DNA of 64,000 bases from Antedon mediterranea. Lineage: Eukaryota > Animalia > Echinodermata. The notes below the pieces were generated by a model. It made no database searches. It was given only the letters and a program-made list of their open reading frames with translations, and was not told the DNA's origin. Both the position numbers and the translations under genes were made by a program. Positions 50,801 to 64,000 of the stretch are shown here, piece after piece; position 1 is the first letter of the stretch; the number at the start of each line of letters is the position of its first letter. The stretch lies in assembly GCF_964355755.1 (NCBI RefSeq), contig NC_092675.1, positions 8,365,812 to 8,429,811 of the forward strand, read 5' to 3'.

Positions 50801-53800
50801 TGATTGTCATAATAATAGTGTTTGCTTACGTTTGCTTTTCTGGTGTACTTTTATTAAATTTAGGCTGGCCTGGTTTTGATAACACAATTTCAACTCCAAC
50901 TTTATCTGACTTCGGTGGTGATCCTTGATCTTCAGCGTGTGCTACCAAGCTAAACGTTGGCTGCGAATATCAAACGTTTAATGACATTGTTTAAACAATA
51001 TAATCTAATAATAATAATAATCTATATACACATATTTCGCAAAATAAATAAACTTATATAATATAAATTAATTGATTACTATGTTATCTTACCAACTCTC
51101 CGAGTAGTTCTGGAGAAAACATGCGTTTAGTGGTAATGACTCCCGTAGATTTGTTTACAGTAAAGTATTCCAGACTTGAATCTTCTGCACTTAATGAATA
51201 CACCAACATACTATTGAACCCCTATATTGTACAAAAATATGAAACATTTTATACTGTATTGAAATTACAACCTAAAATTGAGCTTTTTTCAAATTATTGA
51301 CACGTTTTCTCTATTCTTTTTAATACATTCATACCAGTTTTGTGAGAGACTGCTAATAAGAGTCACTCCCTATTATGCCCGCTCTTTAGTGAGTAACACG
51401 CGGTGTCATAGTTAGCGATCAGTTTGAACGTAGTTTAAATGCCTGTTTCTCATAGTTCTATATTATTTGTAATTTTGTTCAAACTCTCCAATCAGTTTTA
51501 TTTATTCAATTTAACATTACCTGATCTACATCTTCTGCGTGGACTGTCAATACATCAACTCCAATGTTATCATTGTAGTTCGTAAAATACGTTTTATAGG
51601 ATTCTTGATCAAACTTTGGTTCGTTGTCATTTACGTCTAAAACCCTAATTAGCACGTTAGTTGTATTTTTTTCAAATTCCGTATCATCATCAATGTAAGA
51701 TTGGATTATGTTGAATGCTTCGATCGTCAGGTTAAATGAATCTGTAGTTTCGCGGTCTAATTGATCTTTAATGTATATTTTTCCCGTAAAAGCATCGACA
51801 CCAAAGTATTCTGCGTTATCTGAAGATAATTATAGTTATATGTTGTTAATCAACAGTCAATCTATATCTAATGTATCTTACACCATCCGTATTTTGTTTT
51901 TAAATAATGGATCATAAAAATATTAGTAAAAGCAAGTAATTTGTAGTGATCGGCATTAGGCCCTATATCATCATCATCATCACGGTGATTATAAGTGATT
52001 AAACTAGCATTACAATGGTAAATATTGTTTCTGATAATAGTAATTTACATTAAAATGAACATATCCCATTCTCACTTGTGGAGGCCACAGTCACTAAGAC
52101 AATGAATTCATACCTAATAGTTTGTAGTTGACTGTATTTGTGTTGTTTGAAGAACCAATGTCGTCATCATATGCATAAACGTAACCAACTGTGTCATTCA
52201 CTAAATGGTTTTCAAAGACGTCAAACGCAAATGACTCCTAGGGAATAATTAATGTTTATATTAAGAATAGCAACATCTCACATTAATTGCAAATGACATA
52301 ATAATGCATTGTAATTTAAATTGATAAAAAAATTAATGTTTTAGAAATTTACAAAAATTAATTTTTGCAGTTTTTCTGAAATACCAGTAAACCAGACAAT
52401 ACAATAACGTACACTGTCACACTAGCAAATGAGGTAGGCTCTACACACAGTTGTTACACAAACAGGCCTCTATTATTTAAGATTGACGTTACAATCACCG
52501 TCTTTTTATGTACTTATTAGTGCAAATATATATTGTTCTCATTGTTTAATGTAAACTGATAAATGTTACCTTAAATGTTGGTAAATTGTCGTTTATATCT
52601 TCGATATTGATCACCACTACTGCATAATCTTTCAAGCTACTTGGATTGCTAACAACCACTACGATCTGTATATTCGGTACAATAATTTAAAACAATTATT
52701 TCTAGTTTTGTTTATAAGAAGTGACTCACATGGAGTACATAGATCACCAACAATGAACTTTTTTTCCTATAATTTCGGTATATAATACACATCAATACAT
52801 AGTCGTAATGCTAATTGTTCTTACAACCATAAAGAAGCAAATGTTCGGCATTAGTCACAAGCGTCATTAAGTTAATGGAAGTAAAAGCCTATTAATTGAA
52901 GAAGTTCAGGCTTTTTGAGTATTGTTTAAATATTGTTATATACTTAACTGACCTCAAAATTACTGTCTCCTTTTTCACAGTTAAACTTTACTTTAGAAGA
53001 GACATTTCCATCATTGTTAATCTCGAAGAATTCTGCCCCACTTCCATCTAGTTCAAATGATAGAGGTCCGTCAGACGAAGAAGTATCACCATCTTTTGCA
53101 GTAATTTGAAATAAGTACATCGGATCTTGTTCCTTACATAAAAGATTTAGGCTTATAGTATCAAAAAATCATCCTAATTATATGCTTAAAAAACCGGCAA
53201 TGACAGGTGAGAAAGCGTCTGGCAATATTTAAATTATTGATGCCCACAAAAATAGTAGTGTAAATAATATCAATCTATCTACTGTATCTTATTGTTTACT
53301 CTAGATTGTTTAGAGATCATTATTAGGAGTATATAATAATAATCAAGGTAATAATCAAAGCAATAAATACCTCTTTTAAATAATACTGTAACGGGGCATA
53401 AGTAATAACTGGGCTGGGGCTTGGTAGTTGAATTCGGAACTCTAGCGTTGCGTTGTCCACACCGGACACGACGCTTAAGTCATACACCTGAACATCTACA
53501 GTAACATTAATTATCGTCGAAGTATACCTGGTTGCTATAGAGATTTCTGCTGGACTTAGTAACAGTGAAATTGATCCGCTTGTAGGGTTTATAGAGAAAA
53601 TACCTGTAATGATATATACAAGAATATGTAATTCTTAAGCATTTAAAGTAATTTTATCCCTACATTAATTTATTTTTACCAAAGCATGGGTTTGCCCTTT
53701 ATCAATTTATTTTTATCAATATAGTTTAGCATAGTTTTGCCTTTGTTATCGAAGGAAATCTTGTATTTTTAATATGCAGACGTATTGTGATTATATCAGG

Positions 53801-56800
53801 GAGCTGTAAGTAGAACTCTAATTACAACTCACTGATTATATCACCGAGTTGTCTTTGTATAATGCTTAGTTGCAACGCAAGGACGTAAGCATAACGTAAG
53901 TGATTTGACTAATCACAAGCGATGGATTATTCGAACTGCCATTGGTCAATTCTCTTACGTTGCGTCTCTAGTGGGAGCCAAGCTTTGCTGGGTCACATAG
54001 TACGCTATAGGTTTGGACATCTGTGTGCGAGAGAATCCAATATCTAGTACTACTGTAAATACATGCATTCTAATTAACAAATAGAAACTCTATAACCTCC
54101 CAACGTAAATAATGTTACTAACGTTGGCCATTTGTTATATTTTCCTCTTTCGTAATACTATACATGATTTCACCATTTCCAAGCTCGGGATGCTCTTTAT
54201 CTGTGGCATTTAGTTTGAATACTTCTGTTTCTATCTTCGTGTCACTTTGAATTAGTGGGGGCACAGATTCAATAAACTTTGGAGCAGTATTATTGACAGC
54301 CACGATGGTTATAAACACCTGGAAAAAACCCCAATTTCACTTTATATAATCAATGAAAGAAAGTTACATTAACAAAATATGATGACAAACAAGACCAAAA
54401 TAAATCAGCTTTCACTACTCCGGTTTTTGCCTTACGTAAAATTCATTAATCATTAACACAATGTTAATTGCAACATTAGTTTAATAAATAAATTTAAATA
54501 TAATAATATATAACGTTATTCATCTTAAACGTAAAATTAAAGACACCAAATTTTTAAATATTTTTTAAAAAAATTACTTAGATAAGCTGGTAACTTCAGA
54601 ACATTTAGCTTAGGCCTATTGTATGTCTACGGTATATTACTAATATTGAATCACAGACAAGTTTTAATATCAACATTTAAAAATATATATCTTACAGTTT
54701 CTTGATCGTAGATCGATTCTTCACTGATGTTAAACGCCTTGACAACAGTAACGTAGCGTCCCATACCAGCGCTACTGTTAATTGACAGCTCACCATCCGT
54801 GTTAATAATCAACATAGTAGATACAATCGTTTTACTACCAATTTCTTTAAAAGAGAGGAAAGTATATGTATATATATATATATAAATTCACCGTTGTATA
54901 TATATAAAAATACTGAAAGATGAGGGCGTATCAATTTGTTCCGCCGTACCACGCCGAGAATGTTAAAGAGTCGCTATCCAATCGAGTTTAAACAATACCA
55001 TGAAAGCCCCAGAGGTCTAATGGTTAGGGCAACTGCATATCAAGCAGACGGTCCGAGTTCGAGTCTCGGTAAAGGCGACTTTTTCTCATTCTCACAGATT
55101 TCCTCATCTCTATCGTTTCAAATTAATTAATTAAATTTCAGTATATCACCGGACGGTTTAGAATTAATGTTCTTTGCCTAATGTGTTTATATATATATAT
55201 ATTAATAACAATTATAATCATACTTTACACAAAGCCTAATAATATTTAGGTATTTATATTATAACAATCGTCATCATTTGTTGTCACAAACACCTTTCTT
55301 TGAAGTCATAAAATCACAACTACGACATCCAAAAAACACCCCTGCTACCATACACGAAAACTCAAAGATCACAAGAAGCAAAAGCACACTTATAAAGATA
55401 TTTCACAGTGTTTACATTGTGTCAAAATAAGTTAAAATACCTTCTTGAAATGTTTCTTCAATAATTTCGAACGATATATCTTCGTCATTTCCGTATGAAT
55501 CTGTTTCTATAGACAGTGTGAAATTTCCAATCTCCTCACGATACCAAGTGGTGTTCTTGACAGGTTCAATGTTGATGCTGTATGTCGGATTGCTTATAAT
55601 GTAAATTGTCAGCGTCTCCTTTACAGCATTGATGAGCTCTGTGCCGTTGATATTTTGTACTGTGATCGTCAATTCATATGGTACACTGCTGACATTAACT
55701 TTGCTGATCTTTAGCGTTCCTGTAGAATCTGTGCAAAAGAATACCTAACCATTAAAATACAATGGTATATTGTTAAAAGTATACTTATTATGTAACTATC
55801 ATCACCACCACCATCATTATCATCATCAAGACATTATCAGACTGTGTTCATCCATTGTTGGATGAAGCCCTCCTCCAGCAATTTCATTTCATTTATTTTG
55901 TCTGCATAAAAATACAATTTACACAACAAGGACAAAGAACAAGAAAAAACAACACACAAAGTCAGGCAGGGACAGAATTCCTAAAAATAGAACTTAATCA
56001 CTATCTGGTAGGTTTCCTATGGCACTGGTTGGATAAAAACATTTATAATATAATTTGTATAAACATTAAAATTGCATAAAAATACTATATCAAAATAGAA
56101 TTGAAATATATTGCAAGGCCATGTTCTTCTGTCATAACTCTACTTAAACTAGCTAAATATAGACTATGACTTGGAATCTTCATATATGGAGATCAGGGTT
56201 AAAATAAAAATGAAAGGAACAAATTTGAACTCTGGTCAGTCCAAGTTTAAACGAAACATAAAATGGAAACAAAGCTGAGATAGGCTCCAACATGGAGAGT
56301 AACGTTGTAAAAGCAACCAGCTCATTCCGCCTGTTTCGTCAGTGTCTGCATTTGAGTCTGGCGTTGTGTAGCCATCGAAATCATTAATTAACTGTATACT
56401 GTAACTTTAATATAGGCATACTTAACGTTATTCAAACAAAACCTCAACATACTTACCCGTAATATCATTCTCAATATAGAAATGATTATCATTGTTTGGT
56501 GACTCCTCAATTGTAAACCATACAATATTGTTTGGATAGGTATCGTTATCAGTCGCGGAAAATGTGTGTATCTATAAAGTTGAGAGTAAAACAATAATTT
56601 CCAATCATAAATATCCAAGCTTAAATACAATGTCTGTCGATCCAAAGAAAAATACTACTTATGTGGATGAAGTTAATATTAGTTTAACGGAATACATTAG
56701 ACGAGATTACATATTCTCCAGATAAAGGAATACAATACTATGAATGCATCTTTTCAGTTACCAATGCAATCATACAAAACCTGTGAAATGACGTTAACTC

Positions 56801-59800
56801 AGTATGTAGAGTGTGAACGAATTGTTCACAGAAATAATTTGAACGAGAACTTACCGCTGTTCCAAACTCAGCAAACTCTTCGTATACAATAAATTCAGTA
56901 ACCATACTCTCTGTTGTAAATGTTGGTTTCTCATCATTTACGTCATCAATTACTACTTTAATTAGGCACACATCCGATATCACATTGTCAGGATTCAGTG
57001 CCTGGAATGGCAATGATAAAATTAAATAAATCGATAATTGATCAAACACCGATACAAAAAATCGATACAATAACAAACATCATTACAAGCAAGACTACAA
57101 TGACTGCAACCTTATAACATAATAATATTATATTTCATTTACAGTATTTCAAATTATCTAACTACAACTAGTTAAATTCCTATTCAAATCATACCCAGAT
57201 AAAAAGTGAAAAGTTTGTGTGAACTTCTCGATCAATTGGTACATTAGTTGTGGACAGTTCACCTGTCGTATCGTTTATTACAAAGTAGGTAGAAAAGATA
57301 TCTGAAGCAGAAGAATAAAGAATTCCTTTTAAAATTTAGTATCATAGACTTCATACATCTGCAATGTATTTATCAATGTATCAATGAATAACATAAAATT
57401 CAACATAATAAAAAAAATGCTTATTAAGCAAAATATATTGCTGTATAACACAAATGAGCCATGTACTCCATAAGCAAATAAGTAAAAGTATACAGGCAGT
57501 GTTTGTTCCAAAGATTTCCACCCAATTCTGCTTTCCTGCAGGTTCTAGAATAATTTAATACACATTTCACGTTATACATTATCTGCAGATAGAACTGACA
57601 GATAGCATGTAAGTATTTAGTACACCTAGACTTGTATCATAGCTGACTGTCACTAGTCAGTTAGATATTATCTAGTGACTTCTACAGAATCGGGTAAGAG
57701 TGTAAAAACCTACCACTTTCTGTATTGTTGCCTAATTGATATAATATTTGGGAGTTTAGAGAATCCTGTTCATCCGCATCATATGCTTGAACCTGTCCTA
57801 TTGCTGTTCCTTCTGATGTTCCTTCTGAAACGTGGATTACCGAAGAATTGCATTGGTTGTCAAATACTGGTGGATTATCATTCTCATCCAGAATATCCAC
57901 TGTAACCTAAAACGATGAAAATAATTATTGCATATCTCCAACCCAGTGCTATATTGATATTAAACAAATGTTACCTAATGCTATTGTTGAATAACTTTAA
58001 CGTCATTGTTAGTAGGCCTATGTTGTATGAACCAGTGAAAGCATATGAATGATAATACTACTGTATAAATAACAATCGAAAGCTTTTTAATAGAAATGAA
58101 TATCGTTTAGATGATATGTTAAATAAAAGGAGAGAACCACACAAATCAAAAACAGAATGAATCGGGTGTAGTATACATGGTATTTCTCCTAAAGGAATAG
58201 TTAACAAACAATAGTAACAAACTTCTCATTGGCATTGGCTTACCTTGGTAAGGTTGTATAAAGGCAACATAGTAGCATTATCTCTTATAATTATCAGGAC
58301 ATCGTAGCTACTTTGAATCTCTCTGTCCATACTCACATTAGTTGTAAACAAACCCTAAAGGAAGAATAATAACATGCTAGATATGTAAGTAAAACGTATT
58401 TGGAAAATTTATTGGGAAAGTGAACTTAGTTACAAACTTAAGACTACACATAAACATTACAAAAAAGCTTGAAATAGATCAATCGTTTTAGATTTAAAGG
58501 TAGGCTTAATAATCGTATGTATGTACAAAATCTAAAGTAGTATATATAAATATACATGCTAATATATTTAGCCCAGGCATAAATTCAATAATTTGTTAGA
58601 CCAGTAGTTTTACCAAAAACGGCAGGCAGCAGGCAAATAACAGATTTGTTGTAGTGTTGTATTATTTATTCGTTTCACTTCAATAAAAAATGTGTCACTC
58701 TTTCTGTCAGTGACAGGACCAACACATGTTTTGATTATCAAGTTAACTTGTTACTAGTAAAACACGTAGGCCTATTGTTAATTAATGTTTCACATAATAC
58801 CGTTTCAGTATCGAGAGAAAAGTATTGGGCGAATGACGGATCATACAGATGGTAACTTAGTTGTTGATTCTCCAATGCATCACTGTCAGTAGCATTAATC
58901 TGTGAAAACAGAAACAAAATAGACTGTTGATATAATAATCATTATGGTTGTTATTGGTACATTGTATCTTTCGATGTTTATGTCGAGTGCCACCATAAAT
59001 AAAATATAAGTCGGCCTAATCAAATTATATTAAAGATACACTGGCCACCTGAAAATAAAAAAATTATTTACAACTGTAATTTAAATTAAAAAAATTTCAA
59101 ATTTACTGGAAGTCAATGGGGTTTTGTTTGAATTTAACAATTTAATTTGTCTTTTTAAAAGTGACATTATTTATTTTCCTAAAAAGTGATTAACTTTATT
59201 AAAATTCTGAAATGGCCTTTTCAAAGTCTTTTTTTTTATTGATCTTAATGTTCATGTTTTGGGGGACAATACATCTTTAAGTAAAATGTTTATTGAATTG
59301 TTGTAACATTTATCAAGTTATACAGCGTTGGATACAAATGGTTCGCCGCCTTATTGTGAAGTGTTCTCGCATACAGGCCTAAACAATATAACTTACCACG
59401 ATGTCCTTATATCCTGCGGCAAGATTTTCTTGAATTTCAAATTCGAAAGCTGTAGTAACTTCTGGGTAGTTATCATTTGCATCCTCAACGACTACAGTCA
59501 GGTTAAGCGTAGTAGTCTGAAAGAAATAACCCAATGTATAAGGATCCTAAACTAACTAAAACAAACTCAGACATCGGACACCATCATCGGTATAATAAAC
59601 CCAATCGCAGGCTATAAAAGAATCAGAATAATACCTACATTGAATCCGTCTGTTGCATCTATATATAAATTGTATTTAGATGCGACTTCTCTATCCAACG
59701 GGTTGATTCGTGTTATCTCGCCTCTATTAAAAATGAAACAATAGCAATACGATGATATGAATCTAATCTAACCAATCCGGAATTCGGTGTTTTTGCTAAT

Positions 59801-62800
59801 CCAATGAAAGCCATCAGTTGAAAAAAGCAGCAAAAGAAAGCATAACATTACTGTGGAGTAGATTTGCGGCAGGGACTTGAGTAATTGGTCAGATGTTTTG
59901 CCCTACTATGACTTTATACTAAGTGCATTGAGAATACTTGTGAAAAAATATGCAAGTAATTCTCATGTAAGACTTGAACCCACGACCTCTCACGGCTACT
60001 GCACCAATTGGATTGTAATTGTTTGTAACTACTCCACACCATTTTCGCAAGTATTCTCAATGTACTTAGTATAAACTTATAGTTTTAGACTTTTACTAGA
60101 GTTAAACACTCAACATTATAATCATTCTATGAAACATTTGCAATGTTGGTTACAATTAAGCAGGTGAATTTACAGGTTATTGATAACTAATTGTAATAAG
60201 CGAAATTTAAACTTACGTTACATTGTCAATTCTAAAATTATCACTCCCACTCAGTGTATATATAATATTTGCAGTAATGTCGTCATCAGTAGCCTGAACA
60301 AAAAACCACATTAAATAATTGATTCAATACGTGTACAGCATACCGTATGAGATGGCTCCACTTTGAGAAAACTCTTAGGTTTGCTACCTGACAAATAATC
60401 TCAGCCCAGTGGTCAAGCCATACCAATGCTTGCTTTATATTCTTATAGATTATTCTCCAGTCACTCTAATATTAAGTAACATATTTTTACTCTACAGCTC
60501 ACTATGTCGGTCGGTCGGTACTCTAACACACTAACTCAAATTTGGGCACGTGACTGCAGCCATGTATATATGGCCTTGTTTAAGGTAGGTTCTCAATATG
60601 GAAATCATGACAATGTTTAAAGTAAATATACACAAAGCTCCCCTTCCTCCACAATTGCCTCATTCAAACATGCCAATACATGATGTTGTTGCTAAATGAA
60701 ACTATATACGGTTCTCTAAACGTTTGGAATTATTACCTTGATAATAAGGCTGTTACATTATTTGTTATACACATATTTGAATAAAATTACCTTGGTAGTA
60801 AAAATAAGTTCAGTGTGCTCGTTTTCATATACTTGAATTAACTTCGAAACTTCTGGAAATTCAGGGGAATACTCATTCACATCTTCAACCGCAATCACAA
60901 CATCAGTAAATGCACATCGTCTGCGCAGGCAAGAGAAAAATTACAAATACCGTTATCAATTATTTAACTTTACTATACCAGTATTAATGTAATTTATTTA
61001 AGAATTACAAAAGAAAAGTTATTACAACAGTCTGTTGTCAGCATTTAAAATAGCAAATTTGTTCTTTTAGCCTCAAATGAGTATATACTGTTTAAGATAA
61101 CTAAACAAGTTCAGTGTAAATAATAATATTTTGATTACATTTCTATCAGTCTATTACTGTTGGGGTTTGGAAATATTGTATGGCATGGTGGGGTGGACAT
61201 GCTACAGATGGAGATAAGGGTAGAATTCATCGTGTGGAAAGAAGGGTTGAGCGGATGTCTGGTTTGTGTCAGCAGTCGGTGGATTCAGTTTTGCGAGAAC
61301 CTGGACAGGCTTTTTGGGATTGTGTTGAGGGATGAAAGTCATCCTCTGAATTCCAATTTAGGCAGTCTCGGGAGTGCTCGCAGTGAAAGATTGCGATTCG
61401 CGGCTCCTGGAACAAATCGATATCTTTTCTCCTTTCTGCCCACAGGTATCAGGAGACATCAGCGGAATTCATCCAGATGAGCACCATGGAATAATATGTT
61501 CTTGTCATGAGTTTTTAAACTTGGTATTGTTTCATATTGTTATAAATATTGTAATTATGATGTATTTTAAGACGAGCAATGTAATGTTATCCTTGTGGGA
61601 ACGAATAAAGATTATACTTGATAGCTTGATGGGCAAAATCTATTTTTCTCTTTTTCTTTCTGTTTTATTAAAAAATCTTGCGTAGATTAATTACGATAAT
61701 ATGAAACTGAGTTACAATACAATTTTAAAGTTATAGTAAATAGCAATATTAATTGTATTATCATGTAAGGTAACAAAGCACGAACGTTATTTTTCCATTC
61801 CTCTTTACAAGTATTGAATTGTAGCAATCCAAAATAGTGACCATAAAAGGTTATTCAGAGAATTTTTTAAATCTAAAACTAGCGGTTTGTTGCAATCTTA
61901 TGCAATTATAAGTATACTGTTTAGTGACATAAGCCTAAAATATACAGTTTGCAAAAACATGTTACCACCTTTGAAACATCTTGGATTTGTCGCATGCTTG
62001 AACGACCAAGCGGTACTCTGTTCTCTTCTCTGCATCTAATTCACCCGAAAGTTGCATCACTCCGGTTGTGTTATTAACAGTAAATAGGTTCATATACTCC
62101 GATACAATGCTGTATTCTATATCCCCATCTATGCCGGAGTCATTGTCTGTTGCGGTTATCTAGTTAGTAAAAACAGAATATTATATCTAGGCATGCCAGA
62201 TGATTTTGTTTTTCTATATATTCACTTTTAAATTAAGTGTTGTTAAAGGTTTTATTCTACAGTGGACTATAAAACTTTACCACACGTTTGTCACTGGTTT
62301 GCCTACACGAAATTGTTATTATGTCTATCTGAAGGATCATATTATTGCAAAGCACTCAAATACTTTCTGCAGTTTGCTTGTGTAGCTTGTAGACACACAA
62401 GCAAGTTTTGGGAAACGTATCCTAGCCTAGCCTAGCCTAGCCTAGCCTAGCCTAGCCTAGCCTAGCTATCTTGCTAAACTAGTAGATTGCAAACTAATGT
62501 TTTCTAGTGTAAAATAGGCTTGGGTAGCAACAATGTCGATGACGATTATTAACCCTTGATAAGGTCGCAACATGTACGTTTTAACGAAGTAAACACAACA
62601 ACGAATAAATAGAGGTAAACGGCATTCAAACTTGCTCACGAAACGGAAGATGACCATTATTAGAAAAATGGCGCTTTCTTAAACAGACAATTTCTACTAT
62701 ACCTCAATAACATCAGATGCCGTCCCCATATCTTCTGCTACATTTATATTGTAGGTATCTTTGAATACTGGATTATGATTATTGACTTCAACAAGATGAA

Positions 62801-63288
62801 TCGAAACATTTGTTTCTGTCTTGCAATTATTATCATCTGTCAAAGTAATCTACACGCATAAAAATTATATTAGGAAATCAACAATGAAAATGATTAGTTC
62901 TTTGGTTTTTAAACAAATTTAAACTCTTTAAACTTTCGGATATCAATAAGTCCCAAATTGGTCTTTTATGTACAGTACATTGTTTTAACTAATCTTGATG
63001 TGCGTGTTTCATTATCACTCTCACATCAAGCTCATTTCGAGTTTTTATGTGTTTCCTTTTCATCTCTTTATCGAAATTTTTCTGATTTTTTTCTTTATAT
63101 TTTAACGATTATGAATTAAAAATAAGGTAAGTACAGACTTACAATGATTTCAAACACTTTTTCACAGTTCAAATACAATGAGCAATTCAAGGGTTCACCA
63201 TCCTTCACTCGTATTCTAAATGAGTCTGCGCTTAAAGAATCCAACTCAAATTCTTCGCTATCAGTCTTAAAGGTTCCATTGAATTCCT
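44899..63288 (-). CDS. Large non-classical cadherin (cadherin-23/Cad87A/PCDH15 type): at least 12 EC repeats, membrane-adjacent (MAD/SEA-like) domain, TM, acidic tail with PDZ ligand; 5' end unresolved
   Basis: Repeated DxNDxxP, LDRE and AxDxD motifs across >30 small exons (DENDNPPVF, DVNDEKPTF, EDINDNLPTF, DVNDNEPKF, LDRET, EDINDEPPTI). Post-EC IRILSRFEHILLIFNKSVESIK. TM VLGLVMIVFASTILVGSCILLYFIVY. Ends DDMTAL*. Confidence 0.88.
46992..47026 (-). ncRNA. Minimal type I hammerhead ribozyme motif in a probable Penelope-like element remnant (~46862-47026)
   Basis: Minus strand: ca CTGATGA A GGGC tagtgtt GCCC GAAA GCTC tg, i.e. conserved core, stem II and a palindromic AGCT in place of stem III. 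Confidence 0.6.
49471..49545 (-). repeat. tRNA-derived SINE head
   Basis: Minus strand gtctgtgTAGTCGAGTGGattag...GTTCGAATCCcatgagc gives A and B boxes without a complete cloverleaf. Confidence 0.55.
55006..55077 (+). pseudogene. tRNA-like unit (anticodon ATC) inside a (TA)n-flanked insertion at ~54885-55188
   Basis: A box AGGTCTAATGG, anticodon arm CTGC-ATATCAA-GCAG, T arm CCGAG-TTCGAGT-CTCGG, T5 run at 55080-55084. The acceptor stem has three mismatches. Confidence 0.6.
59034..59276. mobile_element. Kolobok-like non-autonomous element
   Basis: TTAA on both flanks, AG..CT termini, imperfect TIR agatacactggcc / ggggacaatacatct. A related left end lies at ~40700. Confidence 0.55.
61160..61630 (+). 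mobile_element. L2/Rex-Babar-type LINE 3' fragment
   Basis: ILRDxSHPL-like (VLRDESHPL)...RSERLR..TNRYLFSFLPTGIR C-terminal motif, then AATAAA and a short cttga tail. Confidence 0.7.
62421..62466. repeat. (CCTAG)n microsatellite
   Basis: Nine perfect CCTAG units. Confidence 0.95.
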
Positions 63289-64000
63289 GTAGGAAAATAC
63301 CGGTCATCATATATTGTTATTCAAATTTAATATGCATCATACTATTCTAATAATCCCACTACGATAAATTTACTTGGTTACCTAAAACTGTGAATTATGA
63401 CCTGTAGACCTACAATGTTAAAATAAACTTGTATTCGTTATATTTAGCGTATAATAATTTATATAATGGATAAAAAGTTAGTCATATTCTGTAGAAATTG
63501 ATGGTCAAACCCTAATACTTCAAACGACATAGATACATTTGTCTACCCAGTAGGCGTAAATGGACGTAAAGGCGTTTACAAATCAATCAACGAAAATGTC
63601 TTTTTTTCTCTCTCTTTCGTTAATTAAATTATTCCATTAATTAAATGGATAAGAAAACGTATATACAGAGGCGTAAGCTCAAATTGTAAATTCGGAACTA
63701 TATAAGACTCACCAGAAATAGAGCTGCTAGGTCCCCGGAAATTGCACTTATACTTTGAAATATATGAAACGAAAGTCTCGCACTTTGGCGAGCCAGCGAG
63801 ACATACAATGCATGCCATTCACAAAAATTCACAAAAATTCACAAAATCATAAATACAAACAACGCGAGCCACACACAAAACAACAAATTATAATTACTAA
63901 TATTACGATAATTATGGTATGTTAAAATTTTAACTATCCGGATGTTACTTAAAAGTTTAGGTGGGGGTTTTCTCTACTTAAAAAACCCCGGTGGAGGGTT

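Noticed and set aside
55006-55077. Functional tRNA-Asp gene
   Set aside because: The acceptor stem has three consecutive mismatches, and it lies inside a repeat-like insertion.
56300-56350. CTGACGA on the minus strand as a second hammerhead
   Set aside because: No stem II followed by GAAA.
63624-63818. Minus ORF as the cadherin first exon
   Set aside because: No clear signal peptide, and I could not join it in frame to the exon at 63288.

Overview
AT-rich, intron-dense metazoan DNA; the gene content and repeats suggest a marine invertebrate deuterostome such as an echinoderm (inference). Five spliced genes were reconstructed by hand, plus one intronless ORF. In order: an intronless 198-aa orphan ORF (-); a C1orf87 orthologue (+) with a decayed CR1/L2-group LINE just upstream; a 14-exon, 814-aa receptor gene (+); LRRC41/MUF1 (-) with a 2-kb Mutator-like element in intron 1; a cytosolic sulfotransferase (+); and a large cadherin-23/Cad87A/PCDH15-type cadherin (-) whose 5' end is unresolved. 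Introns carry many MITEs, LINE 3' ends, tRNA-derived repeats and a minimal hammerhead ribozyme. The main find is the receptor at 14381-28080. It has a netrin-G-type ectodomain (laminin N-terminal, LE1, S/T linker, EGF) joined in frame to a TM helix and a tyrosine-kinase domain with degenerate catalytic motifs (HRD->HLN, DFG->DFR), and ends in a PDZ ligand (DSFV). Netrin-Gs are known as GPI-anchored and vertebrate-restricted, so this looks like an undescribed netrin-G receptor pseudokinase. All homology calls come from recalled motifs, not database searches.
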